From Candidatus Enterousia sp. (GTDB lineage: Bacteria > Pseudomonadota > Alphaproteobacteria > Rs-D84), in contig JAZKZR010000008.1 of NCBI GenBank assembly GCA_045612805.1, positions 6,276 to 70,275 of the forward strand: a DNA stretch of 64,000 nucleotides, given 5' to 3'. Below the pieces are notes generated by a model, which had not been told where the DNA came from, did no database searches, and saw only the letters and a program-made list of their open reading frames with translations. Made by a program: the position numbers and the translations under genes. Positions 20,539-29,993 of this stretch are shown here, piece after piece; the first letter of the stretch is position 1; the number at the start of each line of letters is the position of its first letter.

Positions 20539-21815
20539 AAAACATAATTAAAAAATTTTTATTGTTTGTTGTTTGTATCGCTTTTTGCGGTGTGGCGGTG
20601 GCGGCGGAATCTAATTTGGTGACCGGCGACATTGGCGATTTCGGTGCATGGACAACCGAACACAATCGCGAAGAACTTATTCAAACCGTGCAAAATGATT
20701 TGGATGGTTTTGAGTCAGGATTCGAACGCGAATATGTTGAAACCGGTGTTCCGATAGAGGCAAAACTTGGGATATCTTTTATGAGTGCATTGACATACAC
20801 GGCACATATTTTGGATGATTCGTTGGTGCGGTTTGTAAATATATTTTTGATTGTCGCTTTCATTTTTTGGGTTATGTTCGAAGCGTACCGAATGATTAAA
20901 GATTCCAAAGTCAAAGCGATGCCGACGGTCGAAGACATAATAAAAAAAGGTATCACACTTGCGATATGGTTGATAATTTTGGGAATCGGATTGCCACGAT
21001 TGTTTGGAATGATTATGGGGCCGATTGTTGCGTTTGGTTCGTATGTTGCGAATCTGATTTTGGATACGGTTGCGAAAATTGGTAATTTTGAACTTTCCGA
21101 CACATGCGCCGCAATTCAAAATTATGCCGCGACACATATGACAGACACATCAATTGTTGATGCAAAAACCGCCGCAGATATTATGTGTGTGCCAACGCGT
21201 ATGTCCGGGTTTTATTATGGTGCGATAAAGTTCGGTTGGAAAATGATGGGCGCGGGATTGGGGACCAGCACATTTACATTTTTAATGGGATTGGTGTTTG
21301 TTGTCTTGTTCATATACACCGCATTTAAGTTTGCATTTGTTGCGTTTGGTGTGATTGCGGATTTATTTTTAGTGATAATACTGTTGCCATTTACGGCGAT
21401 TGCGGAAACGGTTCAAAAGACATCGTACAAAGGTATCGCCGGCGATATATATAATGGGTTCCTTGGCATATTCAAAACTTCAAATCTTTCGTCCCAGGTT
21501 AAAAAGTTCATTGATGCGGCGATTTATTTTGTCGCGCTTGCAATTGTTGTTTCGATTGGTGGCGCGTTGCTTGGTGGGGCGGTTCAATTAAACACGCAAA
21601 CACATATTATTTCTATATTGGACGGCAATGTTATCACATTACTTATGACCGGTGCGTTGGTTGCGTATATTGCAACGCATGCGGATGAAATTGCAAAGTC
21701 AATTGGTGGTGGAATTGATGCGGGAATCGGAACAAACCTGCAAAAAGATTTGAAAACACTTTATACCGACACCAAGAAAAAGGCCGAAGAATTTATCAAG
21801 GCGTTAAAGAAATAA
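20535..21815 (+). CDS. polytopic membrane protein, paralog 5 of 5
   Basis: ATGA overlap with P4, SD aagga. Signal peptide MKNIIKKFLLFVVCIAFCGVAVAA. The stop is 4 bp from the convergent uvrD stop. Confidence 0.7.
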   Translation: MKNIIKKFLLFVVCIAFCGVAVAAESNLVTGDIGDFGAWTTEHNREELIQTVQNDLDGFESGFEREYVETGVPIEAKLGISFMSALTYTAHILDDSLVRFVNIFLIVAFIFWVMFEAYRMIKDSKVKAMPTVEDIIKKGITLAIWLIILGIGLPRLFGMIMGPIVAFGSYVANLILDTVAKIGNFELSDTCAAIQNYAATHMTDTSIVDAKTAADIMCVPTRMSGFYYGAIKFGWKMMGAGLGTSTFTFLMGLVFVVLFIYTAFKFAFVAFGVIADLFLVIILLPFTAIAETVQKTSYKGIAGDIYNGFLGIFKTSNLSSQVKKFIDAAIYFVALAIVVSIGGALLGGAVQLNTQTHIISILDGNVITLLMTGALVAYIATHADEIAKSIGGGIDAGIGTNLQKDLKTLYTDTKKKAEEFIKALKK

Positions 21816-21819
21816 AAAT

Positions 21820-23901
21820 CTAATCGATAATTTTTACAAAACTTTCGGCAACTTTTTTAATTCCTGTGCGATTAAATGCAACCGTCAAAATTCCGCCGTT
21901 TGATTCAATAACAACACCACGCCCAAGTTCACCGTGTTCAACCAATTTTCCAACAATACTTTTAACCGTATGTGTTTTCTGTTGCGTTGGTCGTGCGGGC
22001 GTTTCATACCGCGGTGTACGTCCACCAAAGTCCAAATACCGATTATCCATTTCGGTTATGAATCGCGCCGGCGAATAGTATTGACGCGCACCGAAAATAA
22101 CACGTGACATTGTGTTTGTGATAATCGCACGCCGCCGCGCGCGTGTCAGGGCGACATAGGCCAAGCGGCGTTCTTCTTCCATTCCGCCTTCTTTGATTGA
22201 TTTATCATTTGGGAAAATTCCATCTTCCCATGCGGGCAAAAACACCGTATCAAATTCCAAACCTTTGGCGGCGTGAATCGTCATTATATTTACCGCCTGG
22301 GTATTATCGGCGATTTCATTATCGTTATCATCGGTTGTCATCAATGCCGCGTGTTCCAAAAAGTCCGGCAAACTGTCGTATGTTGAAATAACATTTGTAA
22401 TTAAATCACGAATGTTTGAAATTCTTTCTTCGGCGTCGGGGTCTTTGGATTCGCGCCAGTATTGCATATATTTTGCATCTTCAAGTAATTTTTTCACCGC
22501 ATCCGCCGGGCGCATAGATTGCCATTCAAAATCAAACACAGATAAAAATTCATTGGCGGCGATTCCTTGCTTGCCCCCAAAATTTGCCGCGCGCAATCCG
22601 GCCATCAGTGAACCGCCCGCCGCGCGCATTTTTGCAATTGCCGTTGGACCAAATCCGCGGCGCGGTCGCGCAATCACGCGGGCGAACGAAACATCATCTT
22701 CCGCATGCACCAACAAACGCACATATGCGATAACATCGCGAATTTCCATACGGTCATAGAACTTGGTTGTTCCAATCAACCGATACGGAATACGCGCATT
22801 TGCGAATTCTTCTTCGAATCCGCGCGAAAGTGAACCCGTGCGAATCAAAACCGCAAAATTCGAATAATTGCCATTTGCATATCGCAAAATTGTGTCGGCA
22901 ATCAGTTTTACTTCGTCATAATTTGATGGCACCGTTAGGACATAGACCGGTTCGCCAACGCTTTTTTCATCCGCCGGGCGCAGGTCTTTGCCCAATCGCC
23001 CGTTGTTGTGTCGTATCAATGAATTCGCCGCGCCAAGTATGTTTCCGGTACTGCGGTAATTTGTTTCAAGGCGTATGATTTGCGCGCCCGGAAAATTTTT
23101 TTCAAATTCCAAAATGTTTTTTATTTCCGCCCCGCGCCAAGAATAAATCGATTGGTCATCATCGCCCACGCAACACACATTAGGTTTTTCCACATCACGC
23201 GTTAGCAATTTTATAAACTGCATTTGCGCATTATTTGTATCTTGGAATTCATCGACCATAATGTATTTGAATTGCCGGGCGTATTTTTCGCGCACATCCG
23301 GCGCAGATTCAAACAATTTCAGAACAAGCAAAATAATATCGCCAAAATCAACCGCACCCAATCGCCGCAATTCCGCATTGTAATCACTTAGGATTTTTTT
23401 CGTGCGCGCACCGATGTCGGGGCTTTCGATATTTCCGCGGTCTTTGATATTTGAAATTTTTTCGACCCAATCGCCGGCATCGTATTCCTTGGCGTCCGCA
23501 CCCATCGCGGCAAAGACATTTTTCAAAACCGCCTTTTGGTCATCTTCGCCAAAGATTATAAAATCCGACTTTAACCCCGCGCGCGCGGCGTTCGCCCGCA
23601 AAATACGCAGACATATTGAATGAAATGTTCCGCACCATAAATCGCGCGCATAAAAATTGCCGCCGCCCGCGTTTAAAATTTCCGCGATGCGATTTTTCAT
23701 CTCGTTTGCGGCCTTGTTCGTAAAGGTCAGTGCCAAAATTTGCCACGGCAACGCCAAATTCATATTTAATATGTGCGCAACCCGCATAACCAGCACGCGC
23801 GTTTTTCCCGTTCCCGCACCCGACAGCACCAAAACCGGCCCCGCGGTTGTTTCGACCGCTTTCTTTTGTTCGGGGTTAAGATTTTCTAGATTTACATTCA
23901 T
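21820..23901 (-). CDS. uvrD: ATP-dependent DNA helicase, UvrD/Rep family
   Basis: Walker A GAGTGKT, motif II DEFQDTN, and the VALTRAR motif VI region. Confidence 0.88.
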   Translation of the reverse strand: MNVNLENLNPEQKKAVETTAGPVLVLSGAGTGKTRVLVMRVAHILNMNLALPWQILALTFTNKAANEMKNRIAEILNAGGGNFYARDLWCGTFHSICLRILRANAARAGLKSDFIIFGEDDQKAVLKNVFAAMGADAKEYDAGDWVEKISNIKDRGNIESPDIGARTKKILSDYNAELRRLGAVDFGDIILLVLKLFESAPDVREKYARQFKYIMVDEFQDTNNAQMQFIKLLTRDVEKPNVCCVGDDDQSIYSWRGAEIKNILEFEKNFPGAQIIRLETNYRSTGNILGAANSLIRHNNGRLGKDLRPADEKSVGEPVYVLTVPSNYDEVKLIADTILRYANGNYSNFAVLIRTGSLSRGFEEEFANARIPYRLIGTTKFYDRMEIRDVIAYVRLLVHAEDDVSFARVIARPRRGFGPTAIAKMRAAGGSLMAGLRAANFGGKQGIAANEFLSVFDFEWQSMRPADAVKKLLEDAKYMQYWRESKDPDAEERISNIRDLITNVISTYDSLPDFLEHAALMTTDDNDNEIADNTQAVNIMTIHAAKGLEFDTVFLPAWEDGIFPNDKSIKEGGMEEERRLAYVALTRARRRAIITNTMSRVIFGARQYYSPARFITEMDNRYLDFGGRTPRYETPARPTQQKTHTVKSIVGKLVEHGELGRGVVIESNGGILTVAFNRTGIKKVAESFVKIID

Positions 23902-23947
23902 TGTTTTATTATAATTGGCCTATGGATAATAAAACTATGGTGGAATT

Positions 23948-24625
23948 ATGGCAAGGGTAATTTGTTTTGATATTGAAACGACCGGATTCGAATACCTGCG
24001 CGGCGACCGGTGCATCGAAATCGGCGCGGTGGAAATTGTGGATGGAAAAATCACCGATAAAACTTTTCACGAATACATAAATCCCGAAGGTAAAATTATT
24101 CCGCCGGAAACATATATGGTTCATAAAATTTCAAACGCGTTTTTGGATGACAAACCGAAAATGTCCGTTGTTGCACCAAAGTTTTTGGAATTTGTTGGTG
24201 ATTCAACAATTGTTGCACATAACGGATTGGACTTTGACTTTCCGTTTGTGAATCACGAATTGGAAATGTTGCACTTGCCGCCGATTCCGCGTTCGCAAAT
24301 GGCGGACACATTGGTCATCGCGCGCAATCGTGTGTTTGGTCCAAAAAGTTATACACTGGACGCACTTGCGAAATGGTTTGGAATATCACTGACCGCGCGT
24401 GCTGATGCACACGGGGCGTTGATTGACTCTGAAATTTTGGCCAAGGTTTATTTGGAACTTGAAAACACCGCGCCCGCGCCGGAAATTTCGGAAATTGTCG
24501 CGAAACAGCACGAGGCATTTTTGAAACACCCAAAAATTGGTGCGAATTTTCCATACCGTCAATTCCCGGTGTCAGATGCCGAACAAAAAATCCACGACGA
24601 ATTCATGGCAAAGTTGGGGGAATAA
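23948..24625 (+). CDS. dnaQ: DNA polymerase III epsilon subunit (3'-5' exonuclease)
   Basis: Exo motifs FDIETTG, VAHNGLDFDFPF and HGALIDSEIL. Confidence 0.88.
   Translation: MARVICFDIETTGFEYLRGDRCIEIGAVEIVDGKITDKTFHEYINPEGKIIPPETYMVHKISNAFLDDKPKMSVVAPKFLEFVGDSTIVAHNGLDFDFPFVNHELEMLHLPPIPRSQMADTLVIARNRVFGPKSYTLDALAKWFGISLTARADAHGALIDSEILAKVYLELENTAPAPEISEIVAKQHEAFLKHPKIGANFPYRQFPVSDAEQKIHDEFMAKLGE
24585..24625 (+). repeat. direct repeat copy 1 (native 3' end of dnaQ: aaaaaatccacgacgaattcatggcaaagttgggggaataa)
   Basis: Matched by two further near-identical copies at 25261 and 26241. Confidence 0.8.
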
Positions 24626-24629
24626 AATG

Positions 24630-24658
24630 TTGTCAAACACCACAATTTATAATAAAAT
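24630..24658 (+). promoter_or_regulatory. promoter of the cassette-1 lipoprotein gene (TTGTCA-17-TAAAAT)
   Basis: Hexamers with a 17 bp spacer immediately after the dnaQ stop. Confidence 0.5.
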
Positions 24659-24684
24659 TATAATGCTATAAAAAAGGAGAAAAA

Positions 24685-25056
24685 ATGAAACCGCTATATG
24701 TTTTATCAATTTTATTGGGGTTGTGTGCTTGTGACAAAATAAACTTTCACGAAACAGATATAGAATGTTTGAATGTAACTTGTGTAGAGGAAGAATGCGA
24801 CAGTGTTTGGGACAAGTATAAGTCGCTTGATGTAGATTCCGAAAAAGCGGTGTTAAGAACAGATGACCGAACAATAGTGTTTAAACTATATACACAGGAT
24901 GCGACGGAAGAAACACCGGCGGTTTATGCAGATTTTCAAATCTATAAAAATGAAAACGATGAACAACCAATGTTCCTGCATTTTGTAGACAATGATACCT
25001 ATTCATTGGGAACAGATTTAAATCATTGGTCACAATGTCGTAAAGCGCGCAAATAA
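24685..25056 (+). CDS. hypothetical lipoprotein (123 aa)
   Basis: Lipobox LLGLCAC after the signal peptide; SD aaaggag. Confidence 0.6.
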   Translation: MKPLYVLSILLGLCACDKINFHETDIECLNVTCVEEECDSVWDKYKSLDVDSEKAVLRTDDRTIVFKLYTQDATEETPAVYADFQIYKNENDEQPMFLHFVDNDTYSLGTDLNHWSQCRKARK

Positions 25057-25086
25057 TTACTATTGGTAAATACATTAAAGAAGAAT

Positions 25087-25185
25087 TGTCATTGCGGCGT
25101 AGGCCGCAATAGGGCTAGGCATTTGTGACGAATATTTCGTAATAGTAAAATGTTTTTTGTCATTCTGAACTTGTTTCAGAACCCT
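25087..25185. repeat. two tandem GTCATT-hairpin elements
   Basis: gtcattgcggc-gtag-gccgcaat and gtcattctgaa-cttgtt-tcagaa. These belong to the same hairpin family seen inside the composite repeats. Confidence 0.55.
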
Positions 25186-25260
25186 ATGGCGGACCAGAAT
25201 CACCCAAAAAATGCTTTGCATTTTTTGGGGCCCGATGCCCGCCATGACAAAAAAACAACA

Positions 25261-25300
25261 AAAAACCCACGACGAATTCATGGCAAAGTTGGGGGAATAA
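25261..25300 (+). repeat. direct repeat copy 2 of the dnaQ 3' terminal 40-mer
   Basis: aaaaacccacgacgaattcatggcaaagttgggggaataa (1 mismatch to copy 1). Confidence 0.8.
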
Positions 25301-25301
25301 T

Positions 25302-26201
25302 TTATCCCATTACGGTCATCATTACACCAATACTAATCATGATAAAACATAATATTTTTTTTATCATGATTTGGCGTGATATATCTTCGTGAAAACGTTT
25401 GCCAAATAATTTTGCAAGAATGATTCCATATACGGCAACAAAAATTGGTTGAACTGATTGAATTCCCGAATCCACAATAATCGGTATCAATGCCAGTGCG
25501 AACACAAGGCTTAATGAAGCCAACCTGTCAAAACATTCCATCAATACAAACATGCCGAATTTTTTACGATATGCGCCGAAACTTTTTATGATATCTTGAC
25601 GAACGGGGCGAATAAATAACATTGTAAATTGTCCAATGAAAGATGTCACCATAACCCAAAATGCCACCGATACCCAGTTAGTATTTTCTAACAAGACCTT
25701 GTAAAAACTCCCTTCAAACGACAACATTATACTGGCCAAGCACATTAACCAAAAACCAGAATTTATCTTGATACGATTTTCATGGGTTAGATTCAAAAAC
25801 ACAGAAAACAATATTATTATACCAAAACCTATATATTGAATGGGATGTAAAGTTTCGCCAACTATTAAAAAAGCCCATAACGGAACAAAAACTTTTTCCA
25901 TTTGAAATAATGCGGCCACCACAGATGTATCAAGTTTATTCAATGCAGCAAAATATGGAAATTGATATCCAATCTGTATGATTGATAACAGACCAACGAA
26001 TAACCATGCTTCCAACGGCAATGAATGAATTTGGCCAAACAGTGGCAAACACAAAATCCCCAATATATTTGTCAAATTCATGTAAAAAATGGTTGTTGGC
26101 ACCCGCTTAAAAACACTACCCAATACATAGGAATCAAATATATTGGATACAGCCCACATCATAGGCCCAATAAAAGCAACCAAAATTCCAAACAAATTCA
26201 T
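25302..26201 (-). CDS. EamA/DMT-superfamily transporter (10 TM)
   Basis: 299 aa, two internally repeated 5-TM halves typical of the drug/metabolite transporter family. Confidence 0.7.
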   Translation of the reverse strand: MNLFGILVAFIGPMMWAVSNIFDSYVLGSVFKRVPTTIFYMNLTNILGILCLPLFGQIHSLPLEAWLFVGLLSIIQIGYQFPYFAALNKLDTSVVAALFQMEKVFVPLWAFLIVGETLHPIQYIGFGIIILFSVFLNLTHENRIKINSGFWLMCLASIMLSFEGSFYKVLLENTNWVSVAFWVMVTSFIGQFTMLFIRPVRQDIIKSFGAYRKKFGMFVLMECFDRLASLSLVFALALIPIIVDSGIQSVQPIFVAVYGIILAKLFGKRFHEDISRQIMIKKILCFIMISIGVMMTVMG

Positions 26202-26240
26202 AACATGGGAATTATATCATAAAACGGTTGGAGTGTAACA

Positions 26241-26280
26241 AAAAATCCACGACGAATTCATGGCAAAATTGGGGGAATAA
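26241..26280 (+). repeat. direct repeat copy 3 of the dnaQ 3' terminal 40-mer
   Basis: aaaaatccacgacgaattcatggcaaaattgggggaataa (1 mismatch). Confidence 0.8.
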
Positions 26281-26295
26281 AGGAATTAAAGTGTT

Positions 26296-27534
26296 TTAAC
26301 GGGCTTTGATGCTAAATTGACCAGTTAACATATTGATACACACATAATCGCCTTTTTTTATTTTTTCAAACTCAGCACGGCGGCCCCAAGTTTCCAAAAC
26401 TGTAAAATCAAGATTTTCACGCAACATATTACCATGATGCCCATATAGGCCATCGAATGGGGAATTTGACCAATCAAAATCAAACTTGAATTGCACCCCA
26501 ACAGAATTTTTGGTAAAAACATATACAGATTCACCAGATTTCCAAATATTTATATCATTATATTCTTGTGTTGGTACGGGCCTTATACTATCTATGAAAC
26601 CGACATAACCTTCTATAATTGGTTTGTCCAATGAAAATACGGATTTAGTGCTTGCATCTATATCGCGTCCATAAAATTCAGGCAAACAATATGGACGCTG
26701 TTGCACTATATTTATTTTATTATCTTTTGACACAACAAATTCCATATCCACAGGATAACCTAAATCTGGTTCCAATTCTGAACACAAAGCAGAAATTAAA
26801 AAATGATTTCGGTATGTTTCACGGTCCTGTGCGTAAACCCTTTGTGGTGAACCAGTAAAAGAGTTAGGATAAAACATCATATTATATTCTAAATTATCGA
26901 TACTGGACAAATTAAACCTGATCATCTTGTGGTTTTTATCAGAAATGGGTTTGGCTGTGGCAAATCTATGAAAATTAGAAAAATTTTTATCAGATAACAA
27001 TTTATCTGCAAAATCATTTTGAACATAATTCATTACGATAAAAGGTGCACCCAAAAATGTTTCAGAATACACAACGCCGGCCATTTGCGACGTTGGAACC
27101 ATTGATTGTAATATAACACCCATTTTGGCATTTGGCACATTTGCCGCAGATGCATAAACAGTATTTAGTGCCTTGGCCATATGTTCGCGTGTTCTTACAT
27201 TTAAAACACTTTCAAATTGACCCGAAAAAGTTTTCCCTTTTTTATCTTCTATATCCGCAGAAGAACGCACAGCGATATTGCCACCCAATCTGTCCATATA
27301 AAGCATCGCCGAATCTATTAAATCTTCTTGGATATACCCTTGTTTTTTATAATCATTAAACCTTGATACCGGAATCACAAATGTGTCTGGGACAATGAAA
27401 CCCGTTTTGTATTGCGCGTTATACTTTTCAATCAGTGTTTTTAATTGATAAAGCCCTGCAAATTTGCCGCCACCAATACTACTTGCGGTATGGGCGTTTA
27501 CATTTTCTAACGAAATGATTGTGTTATCTGTCAT
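26296..27534 (-). CDS. stand-alone PEP-utilising-enzyme N-terminal (PPDK_N, ATP-grasp-like) domain protein
   Basis: IGGGKFAGLYQL nucleotide-binding loop, RSSADIEDKKGKTFSGQFESVLNV, and DMEFVVSKDNKINIVQQRP match the ATP-binding domain of PEP synthase / PPDK / rifampicin phosphotransferase. No His swivel domain or PEP/pyruvate domain is present. Confidence 0.6.
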   Translation of the reverse strand: MTDNTIISLENVNAHTASSIGGGKFAGLYQLKTLIEKYNAQYKTGFIVPDTFVIPVSRFNDYKKQGYIQEDLIDSAMLYMDRLGGNIAVRSSADIEDKKGKTFSGQFESVLNVRTREHMAKALNTVYASAANVPNAKMGVILQSMVPTSQMAGVVYSETFLGAPFIVMNYVQNDFADKLLSDKNFSNFHRFATAKPISDKNHKMIRFNLSSIDNLEYNMMFYPNSFTGSPQRVYAQDRETYRNHFLISALCSELEPDLGYPVDMEFVVSKDNKINIVQQRPYCLPEFYGRDIDASTKSVFSLDKPIIEGYVGFIDSIRPVPTQEYNDINIWKSGESVYVFTKNSVGVQFKFDFDWSNSPFDGLYGHHGNMLRENLDFTVLETWGRRAEFEKIKKGDYVCINMLTGQFSIKAR

Positions 27535-27585
27535 TTTATATTTTCGGCACCAAACTTATTAAACATCGCCCGAATGGGCGGTGGA

Positions 27586-29970
27586 TTATAATTGTGCTTT
27601 TATTTCTTGGACTTCGTAACATTCAACGCGGTCGCCTTCTTTGATATCGTTATACTTATCAAAACTCATACCGAATTCGACACCGCCGGAAACCTCTTTA
27701 ACCTCGTTCTTTTCGCGGCGCAGTTCGCCGATTTTTCCATCGTACACCACAACATTGTCGCGCAGCAATCGCACAAACGCGTCTTTTTTAATCACGCCTT
27801 CGGTCATACGGCAACCCGCAACACGAATACCCTTGCCGACCGTGAACAGTGCGATAACATCGGCATAGCCAATAAAGTTTTCTTTCTTTTCCGGCGCAAG
27901 TTTTCCGGACAAAATTTCTTTGATTTCATCGGTGATACGATACACGACACTGTGATAACGAATATCAACATTTGCCGCGCGCGCCATATCACGCACCGCC
28001 GCATCCGCACGAACATTAAATGCGATTATGACCGCGCCCGACGCGGACGCAAGGCGCACATCGCCTTCGGTAATTTGACCAACCCCGGACGACAGAATTT
28101 CAACCGACGCCTTGTCCGTTTTAATATCACGCAACATGTCGTTTATCGCCTCTACACTACCCTGGACATCGGCACGCAAAACAATTGGCAAAGTCAATTT
28201 TTTATCGCCCGTTTGTTTTGCAAACAGTTCTTCGAGTGACGAACGTTTCATCGCGTTTGCACGGTCACGCGCGCGCTGTATGCGCCATGCCGCAACTTCA
28301 CGTGTTTGCGCTTCGGTTTCCATAACGTTCAACATATCGCCCGCCAATGGCACCGCATCAAGCCCCAATACCATAACGGGCTGTGCCGGTTTGACCATTT
28401 TCACGCGTTCGCCATTTGACATAACCAGGCCCCTTACGCGACCAAATGTTTCGCCGACAACAAACACGTCACCAATCTTTAATGTTCCTTCACGAATTAT
28501 AACCGTTGCAACCGCGCCCAGGCCCCGTTCCATTTTCGCCTCTACCACCGTGGCGACCGCCGGCATATCCGGGTCCGCGCGCAGGTCCATCATTTCGGCT
28601 TGCAATAAAATTGCGTCTTCCAATTTATCAAGCCCGATTTTTTGTTTTGCGGAAATTTCAACGCATTGAACGTCGCCGCCCATTTCTTCGACCTGGACTT
28701 CCTGTTGCAGCAAATCCGTTTTGACCTTTTGCGGGTTGGCTTCGGGTAAATCGATTTTGTTTATTGCGACAATAAACGGAACTTTGGCCGCACGAATATG
28801 ATTTATGGCCTCTATCGTTTGTGGCATAATCGAATCATTTGCCGCAACGACCAAGACCACAATATCCGCCATTTGCGCACCACGCGCACGCATCGCGGTA
28901 AATGTTTCATGTCCCGGCGTATCAAGGAAAGTTATGACCGCACCGGATTTTGTTTTAACCTCGTACGAAGAAATGTGTTGGGTTATGCCGCCCGCTTCGC
29001 CCGCAACAACGTTTGCATTGCGGAACGCATCAAGCAATGATGTTTTACCATGGTCAACATGTCCGACAACCGTCACAATCGGCGCGCGCGGTTTAAGGTT
29101 TTCCGGATTCGGCGCACGTTCCAACAAATCGGCGTATGGTTTAACCTCTACACGTTTTACGGTTGCACCAAATTCGCCGGCGATAATTTCCGCCGTGTCC
29201 GCATCAATAGATTGATTTTGGGAAACCATCATTCCCATTTCCATCAGTTTTTTGATAACGTTGCCAACCTTTTCCGCCATCGCCGCCGCCAAATCTTTGA
29301 CGACAATTGTGTCACCGATAACGACTTCGTGTGCGACCTTTTGCGGTGCATTGAACATCGCACGCGCCTTTTCGCGGAAACGTTTAAGTGACGCTTCGGA
29401 CCGGCGGCGATTTGCCCCACGCAGGCCGATTTCATCGTCATCATCGTCATTACCAATAACAATATCACGCAACGATATTTTCCCACCGCGTGCAAAGTCA
29501 CGCTTGCCACCAGATTTTTGATTCCGGCGCGTGGGCATGTTATCGTCATCATCTGATTTGTTTTGCCGATGTGCGGGATTTTTCTGGCCAAAATTGCGTG
29601 GAACGGCGACCGGTTCCGGATCTTCTTCGGTATTTTGCATCGCATTTTCACGCGCAGCAAGTTGCTCTTTGACCTGTTCATATTCGCGGGTTTCGCGGGC
29701 AATTTCTGCCTCACGCGCGGCACGGGCCGCGGCTTCTTCCGCTTCGCGTTGTTTGCGTTCTTCTTCGCGGGCACGTGCGGCCTCTAAGACCGCGCGCAAT
29801 TTTTCATCCGCCGGATTATTCTTTGTTGCGGTTGGCGCGACCGGTTCTTCGCGCAATTCGTTACTGCCCGGTGCAACAACACGGCGACGGCGTTCCACGA
29901 AAACAGAATCGCCCTTTTTGCTTTGCACCGCCCCCAAAGTCACAGATTTTCCAAGTGTCAGTGTCGCCAT
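27586..29970 (-). CDS. infB: translation initiation factor IF-2
   Basis: GTPase [20 protein letters not shown] and NKID motifs, with a charged, repetitive N-terminal region. Confidence 0.95.
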   Translation of the reverse strand: MATLTLGKSVTLGAVQSKKGDSVFVERRRRVVAPGSNELREEPVAPTATKNNPADEKLRAVLEAARAREEERKQREAEEAAARAAREAEIARETREYEQVKEQLAARENAMQNTEEDPEPVAVPRNFGQKNPAHRQNKSDDDDNMPTRRNQKSGGKRDFARGGKISLRDIVIGNDDDDDEIGLRGANRRRSEASLKRFREKARAMFNAPQKVAHEVVIGDTIVVKDLAAAMAEKVGNVIKKLMEMGMMVSQNQSIDADTAEIIAGEFGATVKRVEVKPYADLLERAPNPENLKPRAPIVTVVGHVDHGKTSLLDAFRNANVVAGEAGGITQHISSYEVKTKSGAVITFLDTPGHETFTAMRARGAQMADIVVLVVAANDSIMPQTIEAINHIRAAKVPFIVAINKIDLPEANPQKVKTDLLQQEVQVEEMGGDVQCVEISAKQKIGLDKLEDAILLQAEMMDLRADPDMPAVATVVEAKMERGLGAVATVIIREGTLKIGDVFVVGETFGRVRGLVMSNGERVKMVKPAQPVMVLGLDAVPLAGDMLNVMETEAQTREVAAWRIQRARDRANAMKRSSLEELFAKQTGDKKLTLPIVLRADVQGSVEAINDMLRDIKTDKASVEILSSGVGQITEGDVRLASASGAVIIAFNVRADAAVRDMARAANVDIRYHSVVYRITDEIKEILSGKLAPEKKENFIGYADVIALFTVGKGIRVAGCRMTEGVIKKDAFVRLLRDNVVVYDGKIGELRREKNEVKEVSGGVEFGMSFDKYNDIKEGDRVECYEVQEIKAQL

Positions 29971-29993
29971 ATTTTGCCCTTTGTTTTTTTATT

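Larger units (their letters stand above)
24626..26280 (+). mobile_element. putative tandem integrated cassettes at the dnaQ 3' end, each delimited by a copy of the dnaQ terminal ~40-mer
   Basis: Three same-orientation repeats delimit two single-gene segments (a lipoprotein with its own promoter; an EamA transporter). No integrase in the window. Confidence 0.4.
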
